From assembly GCA_947475415.1 (NCBI GenBank), contig CANJLH010000005.1:78292-142291 (forward strand): DNA of 64,000 nt. The letters run 5' to 3'. Positions 51,060-61,742 of this stretch are shown here, one piece after another. This DNA is from Caulobacteraceae bacterium. Lineage in GTDB: Bacteria; Pseudomonadota; Alphaproteobacteria; Caulobacterales; Caulobacteraceae. Below the pieces are notes generated by a model that was not told the DNA's origin, searched no databases, and saw nothing but the letters and a program-made list of their open reading frames with translations. The translations under genes were made by a program, and so were the position numbers. The stretch's first letter is position 1. Every line of letters starts with the position of its first letter.

Positions 51060-53180
51060 TCAGGGCTTGAGTTCGGTCTGCGTCTGCGCGCCGAGGTAGT
51101 TGTAGCGGCCGCGTTGAAGATCACGCGAAAGGGTGATCGGCGCTGTACCCCCGGCCAACTTGGCCCGGTAAACTTGCATCCCTTCCATGACGCGCATGAC
51201 GTAATTGCGCGTTTCTCCGAAGGGGATGCACTCGATGAAATCGATCGGATCGGTCGAACTCGTTCGCGGATCGCCGCAAAACGCCGCCCATTGAGCGGGG
51301 CGGCCAGGCCCCGCGTTGTAGGCGGCTATGCCCATAACGTAAGATCCGGAAAAACCACCAATAACCTGTCCCAGGTAGGTCGATCCCAGCCGCATGTTGT
51401 AGTCTGGATCATCCAACATCCCGGCGGAAAACGCGACGCCGCTTTGCCGTGCGACAATCGCTGCGGTTGCGGGCATCAATTGCATCATACCCCGGGCGCC
51501 GGCCCCAGATCGGATCAGGGGATCGAAGCCGCTTTCCTGGCGCGTGATCCCGAGGATCAAGGCCGTCTCTGGCGCGCCTAGAACCTGGGGCGGGGTCCGG
51601 GTTGGGTAGCCGCGATCGGGCAGGATGAATCCTCGCTGCGCCGCGGTTCGAACGACCTTCATCGAGGTGTCCTGCTCGCCATATCCGCGCGCAAGGTCCA
51701 CCAGCAACGCCTCCTCCTCGGCGCTGGGCAAAATGTCATCGAGGCCAAGGACCAGAGACCTGAAAAGTTCACGCTCGCCGGCTTCCATCAGCATCCGCGC
51801 CGCCTGCACTGGTTCGCGCCCCTCGAAGCGGGCCTTGTCTGCGGGCGTCACGGGAGCATCCGGTGGAAGGACGAGGCGTCCATCCCCGATCTTTTCGGCG
51901 GCGAGTTGGCCATAAAACGTGGTCAGATAGCGTGCGCCCAAGGTATAGAAGTTCTGAGCGGCGGCCTTGTCGCCCAGCGCTTCAGCCGCGCGACCCCGCC
52001 AATAGAATGCGCGCCCCTTGGTGATCGGTGACGACCCGATGCGTTCCAAATTTGCGAAGTGGATTTCAGCCTGCTTTGCGTTGTTCAGGCGCCGCAAGGC
52101 GATCCAGCCAGCGTAGAACTCCGCATCGGCGGCGTCGCCGCCAGACGTAAGGCCGCTATTGGCCGCCGCGCCATAGGCCGCGCGGGAATCGCCATTCTTC
52201 AGGGCGAGCAATGTGAGTTGGTAGCGCTCATCCCAGATTCGATCGGCCATGGCTGGCGTGGCCGATTCGGCTGGAAAATTCTGCAACAGCCCCAGCGCCA
52301 GGTTGTCGAGCCCACGCCGGCGCAGGTAGGCGGCGCGCTCGAAATTGAGCGCCGGGTTGTTTAACACTGACGCAGGCAGGGCGGTGACGATGGCGTTGGC
52401 GTTCGGCGAGTTGGCGCGCAGCGCGAGCCTGGCCTCAGCGAGTTGGCGCTGGTCGGCCGGGATCAGCGTCAACATTTCACGCGCAGCTGGTCCAATAGAC
52501 CCGTACAGCATCATGTCCATTCGACGGGTGTGATCGTCGACCGATAGCGCGTCGGAGAACCGCGACAGCATCAAACGCTGCGGTTCGACATCAAAGATCT
52601 TCTCGCGCCAAAACCGGCGTACGAGTGATGTGGTGTCCTGGGACCGGCCCAGCACACGATATGCGCCCGCCAGAGCTAATGCGCCCTCTACCGTCTGGGG
52701 TTCGCCCCCTCCGAACCAGGCTACGGTCTGCTGAGCGGAAAGGCCGGCGCCTTCCAGGCGCTTTTCCGTCGCCGCCAACCGACGGGACTCCCGCGGCCAT
52801 CCGCTGAGGTCGCGGCGTGCCTGCTCCAGTTCAAAATAACTGAGGGTGGGCGCCGCCACGTCGACGAACTGCCAGGTCGCGATTTTTCGCGCGATGGGAT
52901 CGGCAATCGCCGGCAGGTAGGTGCGCGCAGCAGCCACATCACCGCGGCGAAGCGCATCCAGCACCTGACGCAAGGTTTGGGCGTCGGCGTCCGACATGCC
53001 GCCGCGCCGCATTGTCATTGCTGCTGACTGTGGGGCGGAGGAATACGGGACACCTGACGTTGTCGTCGAGCCCACCGATTGCGATGGCCCCTGCGGCAAG
53101 GGCTGGGCTTGACCCGACCGGCCAAGCGTCAGGATCAGGACGGCCAGAGCTATCGGTATGCGGGATTGCGAAAGCGGCAA
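51060..53180 (-). CDS. slt: Soluble lytic murein transglycosylase (Slt70-like)
   Basis: Signal peptide, a superhelical TPR-like region, and a C-terminal lysozyme-like domain (ILGITRQESGFDP...GARGMMQLMPATA). Confidence 0.85.
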   Translation of the reverse strand: MPLSQSRIPIALAVLILTLGRSGQAQPLPQGPSQSVGSTTTSGVPYSSAPQSAAMTMRRGGMSDADAQTLRQVLDALRRGDVAAARTYLPAIADPIARKIATWQFVDVAAPTLSYFELEQARRDLSGWPRESRRLAATEKRLEGAGLSAQQTVAWFGGGEPQTVEGALALAGAYRVLGRSQDTTSLVRRFWREKIFDVEPQRLMLSRFSDALSVDDHTRRMDMMLYGSIGPAAREMLTLIPADQRQLAEARLALRANSPNANAIVTALPASVLNNPALNFERAAYLRRRGLDNLALGLLQNFPAESATPAMADRIWDERYQLTLLALKNGDSRAAYGAAANSGLTSGGDAADAEFYAGWIALRRLNNAKQAEIHFANLERIGSSPITKGRAFYWRGRAAEALGDKAAAQNFYTLGARYLTTFYGQLAAEKIGDGRLVLPPDAPVTPADKARFEGREPVQAARMLMEAGERELFRSLVLGLDDILPSAEEEALLVDLARGYGEQDTSMKVVRTAAQRGFILPDRGYPTRTPPQVLGAPETALILGITRQESGFDPLIRSGAGARGMMQLMPATAAIVARQSGVAFSAGMLDDPDYNMRLGSTYLGQVIGGFSGSYVMGIAAYNAGPGRPAQWAAFCGDPRTSSTDPIDFIECIPFGETRNYVMRVMEGMQVYRAKLAGGTAPITLSRDLQRGRYNYLGAQTQTELKP

Positions 53181-53302
53181 GCGAAACTCCGGTAACGCAG
53201 GGAATCAACACGAGCGTTGCGGGCACACCCCACAGCGCCATATTGTCCGCTCAAACTGTGGCCGCAACGGTCTGCGGTGACTTCAAGGCAAATTACTGAC
53301 CC

Positions 53303-54187
53303 ATGTCCGAAAGCATGTTTAACGGCGTGTTGCCCGCCCTGGTGACGCCGTTCCGAGACGGGGCGGTCGACGAGGCGGCATTTGTGGCCCTCGTGGAGCG
53401 TCAAATCGCTGGCGGTGTGCACGGGCTAGTGCCCGTAGGCACTACGGGCGAGACTTCCACGCTGAGCCACGACGAACACCGGCGCGTCGTCGAACTCTGC
53501 GTAAAGACCGCCGCCGGACGGGTGCCGGTGGTGGCCGGCGCAGGTTCCAACGCCACCGATGAGGCGATCGAACTCGCACGCCACGCCAAAGCCGTTGGGG
53601 CCGATGCGACGCTGATCGTGACGCCCTATTATAACCGTCCCAGCCAGGAGGGCCTCTTTGCGCATTACGCTGCGATCAACGAGGCGGTTCAGGTTCCCAT
53701 CCTGGTCTACAACGTGCCCACGAGGACCAGCGTGGATATATCCAACGCCACCCTCGCGCGGCTGTCAAAGCTGCCCAACATCGTTGGGATCAAGGACGCG
53801 ACCGGAGACCTGACCAGGGCGAGCGAGCAGCGGTTGATGTGCGGCTCCGATTGGGTGATGTTGTCGGGCGACGACCCCTCGGCGCTGGGTTACATGGCGC
53901 ACGGCGGCCATGGTTGCATCTCGGTGACCGCCAATGTCGCCCCATCGATGTGCGCGACATTCTTCAATGCCGCCATGGCGGGGGACTGGAAGACGGCGCT
54001 CTACTGGCAGGATCGCCTTATCCGGCTGCACAAGGCGCTGTTCACCGACGCTTCGCCGGCGCCCACCAAATTCGCGCTTTCCCACCTGGGCCTGTGCCGG
54101 CCAGACACACGATTGCCGATTGCGCCGGCTTCCGACGTCTCTCGCCAGGCCGTACTCGCGGCTATGGCCGAAGCCGGCGTCTACTGA
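53303..54187 (+). CDS. dapA: 4-hydroxy-tetrahydrodipicolinate synthase
   Basis: [25 protein letters not shown] and the KDATGD Schiff-base lysine region. Confidence 0.95.
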   Translation: MSESMFNGVLPALVTPFRDGAVDEAAFVALVERQIAGGVHGLVPVGTTGETSTLSHDEHRRVVELCVKTAAGRVPVVAGAGSNATDEAIELARHAKAVGADATLIVTPYYNRPSQEGLFAHYAAINEAVQVPILVYNVPTRTSVDISNATLARLSKLPNIVGIKDATGDLTRASEQRLMCGSDWVMLSGDDPSALGYMAHGGHGCISVTANVAPSMCATFFNAAMAGDWKTALYWQDRLIRLHKALFTDASPAPTKFALSHLGLCRPDTRLPIAPASDVSRQAVLAAMAEAGVY

Positions 54188-54642
54188 TGAGCGGCCGCCT
54201 CATCGCCGAAAATCGCCGCGCGCGGTTCGATTATTTTCTCGAGGACTCTTTTGAAGCGGGGTTGATGCTCACCGGAAGCGAGGTGAAATCACTGCGCAAC
54301 GGCAGGGCGAACATCGCCGAATCCTACGCAGACGTGCAGGGCCGCGAGATCGTGCTTATCAACGCCGATATTCCGCCATACGCCATGGCAAACCGATTCA
54401 ACCATGAGCCGCGCCGACACCGCAAACTTCTCCTGCACCGCAAGCAGATCGACAAGCTGATCGGCGCCGTGCAGCGCGAGGGCCGCACGCTTATTCCGGT
54501 GAAGCTCTACTGGAACGATAAGGGCGTCGCCAAGCTCGAGATCGCCATGGCCAAGGGCAAGAAGCTGCACGACAAACGTGAGGCGACCGCGGAACGTGAC
54601 TGGGCCCGGGATAAGGCGAGACTGATGCGGGACAAGGGGTGA
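54187..54642 (+). CDS. smpB: SsrA-binding protein
   Basis: [30 protein letters not shown] and [21 protein letters not shown]. It overlaps the dapA stop (ATGA-type overlap). Confidence 0.9.
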   Translation: MSGRLIAENRRARFDYFLEDSFEAGLMLTGSEVKSLRNGRANIAESYADVQGREIVLINADIPPYAMANRFNHEPRRHRKLLLHRKQIDKLIGAVQREGRTLIPVKLYWNDKGVAKLEIAMAKGKKLHDKREATAERDWARDKARLMRDKG

Positions 54643-55370
54643 CGGAGGTCGAGGCGATCGAGCGGGCGACGCTTGCGGCGGTGGCGCCGCCTGCGTCAAC
54701 CGAGATCGGCGGCTGGTTGTTGGGGTTCGACGGTGGCGCGATCGGTCGCGCCAAGTGCGCAACTCCGCTGCATCATGACGGTTCCGCCAGCAACACACTG
54801 TTGGATGAGATCGAGTCTGCTTTCCGAGCGCGTGACCTCGCACCACTGTTTCGGGTCGCCGACGTTGCTGGTCTGGCCAAGGTACATGAGGCCCTGGCGG
54901 ACAAAGGCTACAAGGACCGTCAACCGACACTCGTAAAGACAGGGTCCAGCCGTGTCATGAGGGAAGTGAGCTCTGAAACCGCGGAACTGGTGGGTCGCCC
55001 CGACGAGGCCTGGGCCGGCGTCTTTCTGGGACAAGGATTCGATCCCGTCGATGGCGCGTCCCGCGTCAATGCGCTTACCCGTGGTCAGGATGCAATCTAT
55101 GCCCAGGTGCGTGATTCAGGCCGCACGGTGGCCGTCGGTGTCGCCGCGTTTGGCTTTGGCTGGATGAGCATTCATGGAATGCGCACGGAAATTTCACGGC
55201 GGGGGGAGGGGTTGGCCGGCCGAATTCTCGCAGCCCTTGCAGGCGCCGGGCAGGCCCGTGGAATAGAGCGTGCCTTCCTGCAGGTTGAGGAGCCAAACTT
55301 GTCCGCAAGGGCGCTATATCGTCGGGCGGGTTTGACGCCGATTTGGCGTTATCATTACTGGAGCCGTTGA
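54639..55370 (+). CDS. GNAT-family N-acetyltransferase
   Basis: C-terminal GNAT core ([13 protein letters not shown]...[24 protein letters not shown]). It overlaps smpB by 4 bp. Confidence 0.6.
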   Translation: MTEVEAIERATLAAVAPPASTEIGGWLLGFDGGAIGRAKCATPLHHDGSASNTLLDEIESAFRARDLAPLFRVADVAGLAKVHEALADKGYKDRQPTLVKTGSSRVMREVSSETAELVGRPDEAWAGVFLGQGFDPVDGASRVNALTRGQDAIYAQVRDSGRTVAVGVAAFGFGWMSIHGMRTEISRRGEGLAGRILAALAGAGQARGIERAFLQVEEPNLSARALYRRAGLTPIWRYHYWSR

Positions 55371-55382
55371 GGCGGGATTGGG

Positions 55383-56030
55383 TTATTCCTCCACCAGCAC
55401 CTGCGCCCGTCGGAAGACCGCTTCAAACATTTGCGGCGTCAGTCGTCCCGTGTTCGTGTTCAGCCGCGAGCAGTGGTAGCTGTTGATGATAGCGAAGGCG
55501 CCGGCCCGGAATTCTGAGCCGTGGCCTGGCGGGGCGGCGGAAGCCTTGAGACCAAGGGCGCGCAGGACGTTCCGGCGCGCTACATCGCCCAGGGTCACAA
55601 TGACTTTGAGGCGGGGCAGGGCGGCGATTCGAGCGGCAAGAAACGGTCTGCAGGCGGTTTCTTCAGCGGTCTCGGGCTTATTTCCGGGCGGCGCGCAACG
55701 TACGGCATTGGAGATCATGCAATCGACAAGTTCGATTCCATCGTCAGTCCGCGCCTTGTATTTTCCGCGTGCGAAGCCGGTCTCGATCAGGGTTTCGTAA
55801 AGCAGCACGCCGGCGAAATCGCCGGTGAACGGTCGCCCCGTGCGATTTGCGCCGGTCCGTCCCGGGGCCAGGCCCATGACCAGCAGACGCGCTCCGGGAT
55901 CCCCGAACGACGGGGCTGGTCCGTTGAACCAATCGGGATGGTCGGCGCGATTTGCCGCCCGGTAGGCCACCAGACGCGGACACAGCGGGCAATCGCGGGC
56001 GGGCTCAGGCCCGGCGTCAGACGTCGACAT
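55383..56030 (-). CDS. Uracil-DNA glycosylase superfamily protein, family 4/5-like (Fe-S type)
   Basis: CPLCPRLVAYR Cys cluster, GLAPG...RPFTGD motif and a C-terminal HxSxxN-like region (NSYHCSRLN). Confidence 0.8.
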   Translation of the reverse strand: MSTSDAGPEPARDCPLCPRLVAYRAANRADHPDWFNGPAPSFGDPGARLLVMGLAPGRTGANRTGRPFTGDFAGVLLYETLIETGFARGKYKARTDDGIELVDCMISNAVRCAPPGNKPETAEETACRPFLAARIAALPRLKVIVTLGDVARRNVLRALGLKASAAPPGHGSEFRAGAFAIINSYHCSRLNTNTGRLTPQMFEAVFRRAQVLVEE

Positions 56031-56625
56031 CCGCCTCGGCGTCTTTGCTGCGCGGCCGTTCGGCGACCTTATTTTCGTGCAGGAAGCGGGGGAGGCGCGA
56101 CGGGCGGCCGATGATCTCGGATAGGTCGGCCAGATCGACGAAAGTGTCCGCTTGGCGGCGCAGGTCGTCCGAGGCCATCGGGGGCTGTGACTTGATGGTG
56201 GAAACCACTGTCACCCGGGCGCCCTTACGCTGGACGGCCTCAACCAGGCGGCGGAAGTCACCATCTCCGGAAAACAGCACAAGGTGATCGGCGTGGTCGG
56301 CCATCTCCATCATGTCAACGGCGATCTCGACGTCCATATCGCCCCGCCAGCGCTTGCGGCCCTGGCTATCGACGTACTCGCGCGCCGCCTTGGTCACCAG
56401 CTGGAAGCCGTTATAGTCGAGCCAATCTACAAGGGGGCGGATTGGGGAGTATTCCTGATCCTCGACCAGAGCGGTGTAATAGTAGGCGCGCTTTAACACG
56501 CCGCGTTTGCGAAATTCCTCAAGGAGCTTGCGATAGTCGATATCGAAACCCAGGCCCTTGGCGGCGGAATAAAGATTCGCCCCGTCTATGAAGAGCGCCA
56601 GCCGGTCTGTGGGATAAAAACTCAT
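56017..56625 (-). CDS. NYN-domain (LabA/DUF88-like) putative ribonuclease
   Basis: ALFIDGANLY...VLFSGDGDF gives the PIN-like NYN acidic residues. It overlaps the UDG gene by 14 bp. Confidence 0.8.
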   Translation of the reverse strand: MSFYPTDRLALFIDGANLYSAAKGLGFDIDYRKLLEEFRKRGVLKRAYYYTALVEDQEYSPIRPLVDWLDYNGFQLVTKAAREYVDSQGRKRWRGDMDVEIAVDMMEMADHADHLVLFSGDGDFRRLVEAVQRKGARVTVVSTIKSQPPMASDDLRRQADTFVDLADLSEIIGRPSRLPRFLHENKVAERPRSKDAEADVDV

Positions 56626-56672
56626 GGGCGTTGGAAATCCTTGCGGGTGGCGAGGTGACGAATCCCGACGAC

Positions 56673-57158
56673 ATGACGATTATCGCTGTTGGCGGCAACC
56701 TCGCCGGTGAGTATCCGTCTTCAGAAGAACTGCTCACCGCCGCGCTTGCGGGGTTCGGCCAGGCGGGATTGCCTGTCGTGCGCCGCTCAGGCTGGTGGCG
56801 CTCCGCCGCCTGGCCGGACCCGTCGGGGCCTGAATATCGCAATGCAGTCGTGCTTGTCGAGACACGCCACGATCCGGGCGAATCTCTTCGACGGCTGTTG
56901 GCGCTCGAGGCCAGATTTGGACGCAGCCGGGGCTTAAGAAACGCTTCTCGGACCCTTGACCTAGATCTTATCGCCCATGGTCGCACTCTGGTGAAACAGT
57001 GCAGACTGATCCTGCCCCATCCCAGGGCGCATGAACGCCTGTTTGTGATGGGGCCGCTGGCCGAAGTCGCGCCGGAGTGGCGGCACCCGGTTCTGGGCAA
57101 GACTGCCGCAGAACTTGCAGGGGCGGCTACGGTCGGCCTCGATGCGCGTCCGCTTTGA
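56673..57158 (+). CDS. folK: 2-amino-4-hydroxy-6-hydroxymethyldihydropteridine pyrophosphokinase
   Basis: Start MTIIAVGGNLAGEY, with RTLDLDLIAHG. It is the internal start of ORF 56631..57158. Confidence 0.85.
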   Translation: MTIIAVGGNLAGEYPSSEELLTAALAGFGQAGLPVVRRSGWWRSAAWPDPSGPEYRNAVVLVETRHDPGESLRRLLALEARFGRSRGLRNASRTLDLDLIAHGRTLVKQCRLILPHPRAHERLFVMGPLAEVAPEWRHPVLGKTAAELAGAATVGLDARPL

Positions 57159-57231
57159 CAAGGTCTTTTGCGTTGCACAAATGGGCTGGAAGCACTAGTT
57201 TCCCCGGTTCTATTCCCCGCCCGAGGATTTC

Positions 57232-57591
57232 ATGGCCCGCGTCACCGTCGAAGATTGCATCGAACGAGTCCCGAACCGTTTCAATTTGGTTCTGCTGGCC
57301 GCCCATCGTGCGCGGGCGATTTCGGCGGGTTCCCAGTTGTTGGTCGATCGGGACAACGACAAAAATCCCGTGGTTTCTCTGCGCGAAATCGCTGAGGACA
57401 TGGTCAATCCTGAGGAATTGCGGGAAAGCCTGATCGGCACGCTGCAGCGGGTGGATGAACGATCCGAAGCGGAGGAAGAGGCCGAAACCCTCGCCCTGCT
57501 GGCCGATCCCACGCACATGCAAATGAGCGAACTGGAACTGGTCCGCGCCCTCCAGAGCGACCGCGACGGCGGTCAGGAGGAGCGGTACTGA
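57232..57591 (+). CDS. rpoZ: DNA-directed RNA polymerase subunit omega
   Basis: [28 protein letters not shown]. Confidence 0.92.
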   Translation: MARVTVEDCIERVPNRFNLVLLAAHRARAISAGSQLLVDRDNDKNPVVSLREIAEDMVNPEELRESLIGTLQRVDERSEAEEEAETLALLADPTHMQMSELELVRALQSDRDGGQEERY

Positions 57592-57680
57592 GCCCTGAGG
57601 GCGCAGATACCCTTCCTGCCGAGGCGGCGACCAAATCCGCAGCCCCGACTTCCCCGCCGCGCGCCGCAAAGCCCAGGCTG

Positions 57681-59846
57681 TTGCGCCAGTATGAGCTGAT
57701 CGAAAAAGTCCGCTCGTACGATCCCACCGCCGACGAGGCGATGCTGAACCGCGCCTATGTCTACACCATGCGCATGCATGGGGCGCAGAAGCGCGCATCC
57801 GGCGACCCCTATTTCGCCCACCCCATCGAAGTGGCAGGCATCCTCACTGACTATCGGCTGGACACAGCCACTATCATCACCGCCCTCCTGCACGACGTCA
57901 TAGAAGACACCCCTGTTACGCGCGGCCAGATCGCAGAGATGTTCGGCGATGAGGTCGCCGAACTTGTTGAAGGGGTGACCAAGCTTTCCAAACTGGAACT
58001 CACTGCCGAACACACCCGCCAAGCGGAGAACCTGCGCAAGTTCATCCTGGCGATCAGCAAGGACGTTCGAGTCTTGCTGGTGAAGCTCGCCGACCGGCTT
58101 CACAACATGCGCACGTTGCAACACATCGAAAGCGCCGCCAAGCGCGAACGAATCTCACGCGAAACCTTGGACATCTACGCGCCGCTGGCGCGATCGATCG
58201 GGTGCCATAGATTTTGCACCGAACTCGAAGAACTCGCCTTCGCCCATCTGAACCCCGTTGCTCAGGACGCTATACGTCGTCGCCTGGAGACCTTGCGCAA
58301 CAATCAGGGGGGCGCGGTGGCGATGGTCTCCGGCGAGATCGCCACACGGCTGGAGACGGCGGGGCTGTCAGCGCGCGTGTTTGGCCGGGAGAAAAATCCG
58401 TTCTCAATCTGGCGCAAATTGCAGAAGAAATCGATTGGATTTTCTCAGCTTTCCGACATCTACGCCTTCCGGGTCATTGTCGATGGGGAGGACGATTGTT
58501 ACCGCGCATTGGGCGTGATCCATCGTGCCTGGCCCAGCGTGCCTGAACGGTTCAAGGATTTCATCTCCACACCGAAGCGCAACAATTATCGCTCCCTGCA
58601 CACCACTGTGGTCGGCCCTCGCGGGATGCGGATTGAGATGCAGATACGTACCGAGGCCATGGACCGCGTGGCGGAAGATGGTGTCGCCGCCCATTGGCGC
58701 TACAAGGACCAGTCCTACGGTTTCGACGCAGAGGCGCAAGCTGCGGCCGGCGGTCGTGATCCGCTGGTCAATTTGCGGAACCTGGTTCAGCTGCTGGAAC
58801 ATGGCGGCGATGCCGATGACCTGGTGGAGCACGCCAAGCTCGAGATGTTTCTCGACCAGGTGTTCGTCTTCACGCCGAAGGGGTCGTTGGTCAGTTTGCC
58901 AAACGGGGCCATGCCCCTGGACTTCGCCTATGCCCTCCACACTGAAATCGGCGACACCTGCATTGGCGTGAAGATCAATGGCGAACTAAAGCCACTGCGC
59001 ACTCTGTTGCAGAACGGGGATGTCGTGGAAGTGATCCGCGGCGCAAATCCAGTGGCGCCTCCGGACTGGCGCTCCCTCACGGTAACGGGGCGCGCGCGCT
59101 CAGCTATCCGCCGGCATATCCGGTTGTCTGAAAAGGAGGAGTTCGTCCGCCTTGGACGCGCAAGCCTGGAACAGACCTTCGCCCGCGCTGGCAAGGCCTG
59201 GCGGGATGTCTCGTTACGCCCGGCGCTGGAGAGGTTCGCCGTTGCCGCTGAGGACGACCTGTTTGAGGCTCTTGGGCGCGGACGTGTGACGCCAAGCCAA
59301 GTCCTGGATATCGCGTTCCCAGGATTGAATGCCGCGCAGCGGGAGGCGGCCACGGCTCATCGGCGCATCGAAGATGGTAAGTCAGCGCGTTTATATGTCC
59401 GAGGCTCAGGACTGACTGCTGGGATTAGCCTGCATTTCGGCCCCTGCTGCAGCCCAGTGCCGGGCGATCGGATCGTCGGCATCATTGGGAGTGATGGGCG
59501 GGGCCTGACCGTCCACACCATTGATTGTGAGCGGTTGGCGGAATTCGAGGACAGCGAAGAGCTTTGGCGCGATCTTCAGTGGACGCCGGAAGCGGAGCGC
59601 AACACCATCGCCCGTGCCCGGTTGACCGCCACGATCCGGAATGCGCCGGGCGTGCTCGGTCAAGCCTGCACCATCATCGGCGAAGCAGGCGGCAACATCA
59701 TGAACCTGCGGATGCACCACCGTCAGAAGGATTTCTTCGATGTCGATATCGACATCGATGTGAAGGATGCGCGGCATATCACAAATATCGCTGCGGCTCT
59801 CAGGGCCAACCCCAGCATTGAGACGGTTGAACGCGTCAAGACTTGA
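57681..59846 (+). CDS. spoT: Bifunctional (p)ppGpp synthetase/hydrolase (RelA/SpoT homologue)
   Basis: HD hydrolase domain (ASGDPYFAHPIEVAGIL, LHDVIEDT), synthetase domain (YRSLHTTV), and TGS and ACT C-terminal domains. Confidence 0.93.
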   Translation: MRQYELIEKVRSYDPTADEAMLNRAYVYTMRMHGAQKRASGDPYFAHPIEVAGILTDYRLDTATIITALLHDVIEDTPVTRGQIAEMFGDEVAELVEGVTKLSKLELTAEHTRQAENLRKFILAISKDVRVLLVKLADRLHNMRTLQHIESAAKRERISRETLDIYAPLARSIGCHRFCTELEELAFAHLNPVAQDAIRRRLETLRNNQGGAVAMVSGEIATRLETAGLSARVFGREKNPFSIWRKLQKKSIGFSQLSDIYAFRVIVDGEDDCYRALGVIHRAWPSVPERFKDFISTPKRNNYRSLHTTVVGPRGMRIEMQIRTEAMDRVAEDGVAAHWRYKDQSYGFDAEAQAAAGGRDPLVNLRNLVQLLEHGGDADDLVEHAKLEMFLDQVFVFTPKGSLVSLPNGAMPLDFAYALHTEIGDTCIGVKINGELKPLRTLLQNGDVVEVIRGANPVAPPDWRSLTVTGRARSAIRRHIRLSEKEEFVRLGRASLEQTFARAGKAWRDVSLRPALERFAVAAEDDLFEALGRGRVTPSQVLDIAFPGLNAAQREAATAHRRIEDGKSARLYVRGSGLTAGISLHFGPCCSPVPGDRIVGIIGSDGRGLTVHTIDCERLAEFEDSEELWRDLQWTPEAERNTIARARLTATIRNAPGVLGQACTIIGEAGGNIMNLRMHHRQKDFFDVDIDIDVKDARHITNIAAALRANPSIETVERVKT

Positions 59847-59856
59847 GGTCTTGCCC

Positions 59857-59868
59857 CCGAACGTTCGG
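59857..59868. repeat. Perfect 12-bp palindrome CCGAACGTTCGG immediately 3' of spoT
   Basis: Read directly, 11 bp after the spoT stop. A GC-rich hairpin GCGCGC-N12-GCGCGC follows at about 59889-59912, 15 bp before pyrE. Confidence 0.3.
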
Positions 59869-59926
59869 TCAATCCGGGTGACAGGTCCGCGCGCTTTCGC
59901 TATCCCGCGCGCAGGAGAGGCCACAC

Positions 59927-60511
59927 ATGAACACTGAGCAGGTCCTGGAAGAATTCCGAGGGGCGGGCGCCTTGCGCGAGGGACATTTTATTTTGGCGTC
60001 CGGCTTGCACAGCCCGATGTTTTTACAAAAGAATTTAGTTTTTCAATACCCTGACCGCACAGAGCGCCTGTGCAAGGCGTTAGCCCAGATGATCCAGGAG
60101 CGGTTTGGGAAGCCGGACGTTATTGTATCGCCGGCGGTCGGAGCCATAATCCCGGGTTATGAAACGGCTCGTCACCTGGGCGTGCCAGCGATCTATGTGG
60201 AGCGTGAAGACGGCGCTTTCCGGTTGCGGCGGGCGTTTCGGATCGAACCCGGCGCTAAGGTCGCGGTGATAGAGGATGTCATTTCGACTGGCGGGTCGTT
60301 CAGAGAAGCGGTCGAGGCGGTGAAGGCGGCGGGCGGAAACGTGCTCTGCGGCGCCTGTATCGTCGATCGATCTGGCGGCAAGGCTGAGATTGGCGCGCCG
60401 TTGATCGCGCTCGCCACCATCGAAGTTCCCACATACCCCGCCGACGCACTGCCCCCGGAGCTTGCCGCTCTGCCGGCGGAGGAACCGGGTTCTAAGAGAC
60501 TGAAGGCGTGA
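59927..60511 (+). CDS. pyrE: Orotate phosphoribosyltransferase
   Basis: [10 protein letters not shown] and the [15 protein letters not shown]-binding motif. Confidence 0.93.
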   Translation: MNTEQVLEEFRGAGALREGHFILASGLHSPMFLQKNLVFQYPDRTERLCKALAQMIQERFGKPDVIVSPAVGAIIPGYETARHLGVPAIYVEREDGAFRLRRAFRIEPGAKVAVIEDVISTGGSFREAVEAVKAAGGNVLCGACIVDRSGGKAEIGAPLIALATIEVPTYPADALPPELAALPAEEPGSKRLKA

Positions 60512-61266
60512 ACCGCCTGCGCCTGGGGGTCAATATCGACCACGTCGCCACGGTGCGTAACGCCCGGGGCGGGTCCACTCCAGACCCCATGCGCGCGGCG
60601 GAGATCGCGCTGGCCGCGGGCGCCGATGGCATTACCGCCCATCTGCGCGAAGATCGACGTCATATCTCTGACGCGGACATGGATGCGTTGGCGGTAATCA
60701 CTCGGCGCCGCGGCCTGCCCCTCAACTTCGAGATGGCGGTCACCGAGGAAATGGTGGCGATCGCCTTGCGTCACCGCCCCCACGCCAGTTGCCTGGTTGC
60801 CGAACGGCGGGAGGAGTTGACCACCGAAGGCGGGCTCGACATGGTCAAGGGCCACAATGTCATCGCGCCGCAAGTAGGGCGCCTGATCGCAGCGGGAATT
60901 CGCGTGTCCTGCTTCATCGATCCGGATCTGGCCCAGATCGCCGCGGCGAAGTCGGCCGGCGCGCAAGTCGTCGAGCTACACGTCGGACCCTATTGCGACG
61001 CCATACGCATGAATGCGGCGGAAGCCGATCATTTGCTGGAGAAGATAAAAATCGCGGCTGCCGAGGCGGCGCAGCTGGGTCTGGAGGTGCATGCCGGCCA
61101 CGGAATTGATTTTGAATCGGTGCGTGCGATCGCGTCGATTCCGGAATTGGCCGAGCTGAACATCGGTCATTTCCTGATAGGTGAGGCGATCTTCGTGGGC
61201 CTCGCTGCGGCGATACAGCGGATGCGTGCGCTGATGGACGAGGCCAGAATAGGGCGGACAACGTGA
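60508..61266 (+). CDS. pdxJ: Pyridoxine 5'-phosphate synthase
   Basis: [16 protein letters not shown] and HLREDRRHI. Confidence 0.93.
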   Translation: MNRLRLGVNIDHVATVRNARGGSTPDPMRAAEIALAAGADGITAHLREDRRHISDADMDALAVITRRRGLPLNFEMAVTEEMVAIALRHRPHASCLVAERREELTTEGGLDMVKGHNVIAPQVGRLIAAGIRVSCFIDPDLAQIAAAKSAGAQVVELHVGPYCDAIRMNAAEADHLLEKIKIAAAEAAQLGLEVHAGHGIDFESVRAIASIPELAELNIGHFLIGEAIFVGLAAAIQRMRALMDEARIGRTT

Positions 61267-61709
61267 TCCTTGGCATTGGCTCGGATCTTTCCGACATCCG
61301 CCGCGTGGAAGCTACGCTGGCCCGGTTCGGTGCGCGCTTCAAGCATCGTGTCTTCACCGAGATCGAGCGCAATCGTTCGGAACGCAAGGCTGATCAGGCA
61401 GCCTCCTATGCCAAGCGTTTCGCCGCCAAAGAGGCCTGCGCAAAAGCGCTGGGCACCGGCATGCGGCGCGGCGTGTTCTGGCGTGATATGGGTGTGGTGA
61501 ATATGCGCACCGGTCAGCCGACTATGTCGCTGACCAATGGCGCACTTTCACGGCTGCAGGCGATTACGCCCGGTGGGTTTCACGCCGTCATCCATCTCAG
61601 CCTGACCGACGACCACCCCTACGCCCAGGCATTTGTCGTCATCGAGGCGGTGCCGGATGACGCAGGTTTAACGGGCGCTACTGACGAATCTCGAGTAACC
61701 ACCGCCTAG
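61263..61709 (+). CDS. acpS: Holo-[acyl-carrier-protein] synthase
   Basis: [16 protein letters not shown]...[14 protein letters not shown]. Confidence 0.9.
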   Translation: MILGIGSDLSDIRRVEATLARFGARFKHRVFTEIERNRSERKADQAASYAKRFAAKEACAKALGTGMRRGVFWRDMGVVNMRTGQPTMSLTNGALSRLQAITPGGFHAVIHLSLTDDHPYAQAFVVIEAVPDDAGLTGATDESRVTTA

Positions 61710-61742
61710 CCGCGCCAAATTCCCGACAACCAGGATCAGAAA

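Noticed and set aside
56631-56672. Upstream ATG start for folK (MEILAGGEVTNPDD...)
   Set aside because: It would place the folK start 5 bp from the divergent NYN start codon. FolK family N-termini normally begin just before the IIAVGGN motif, so the Met at 56673 is preferred.
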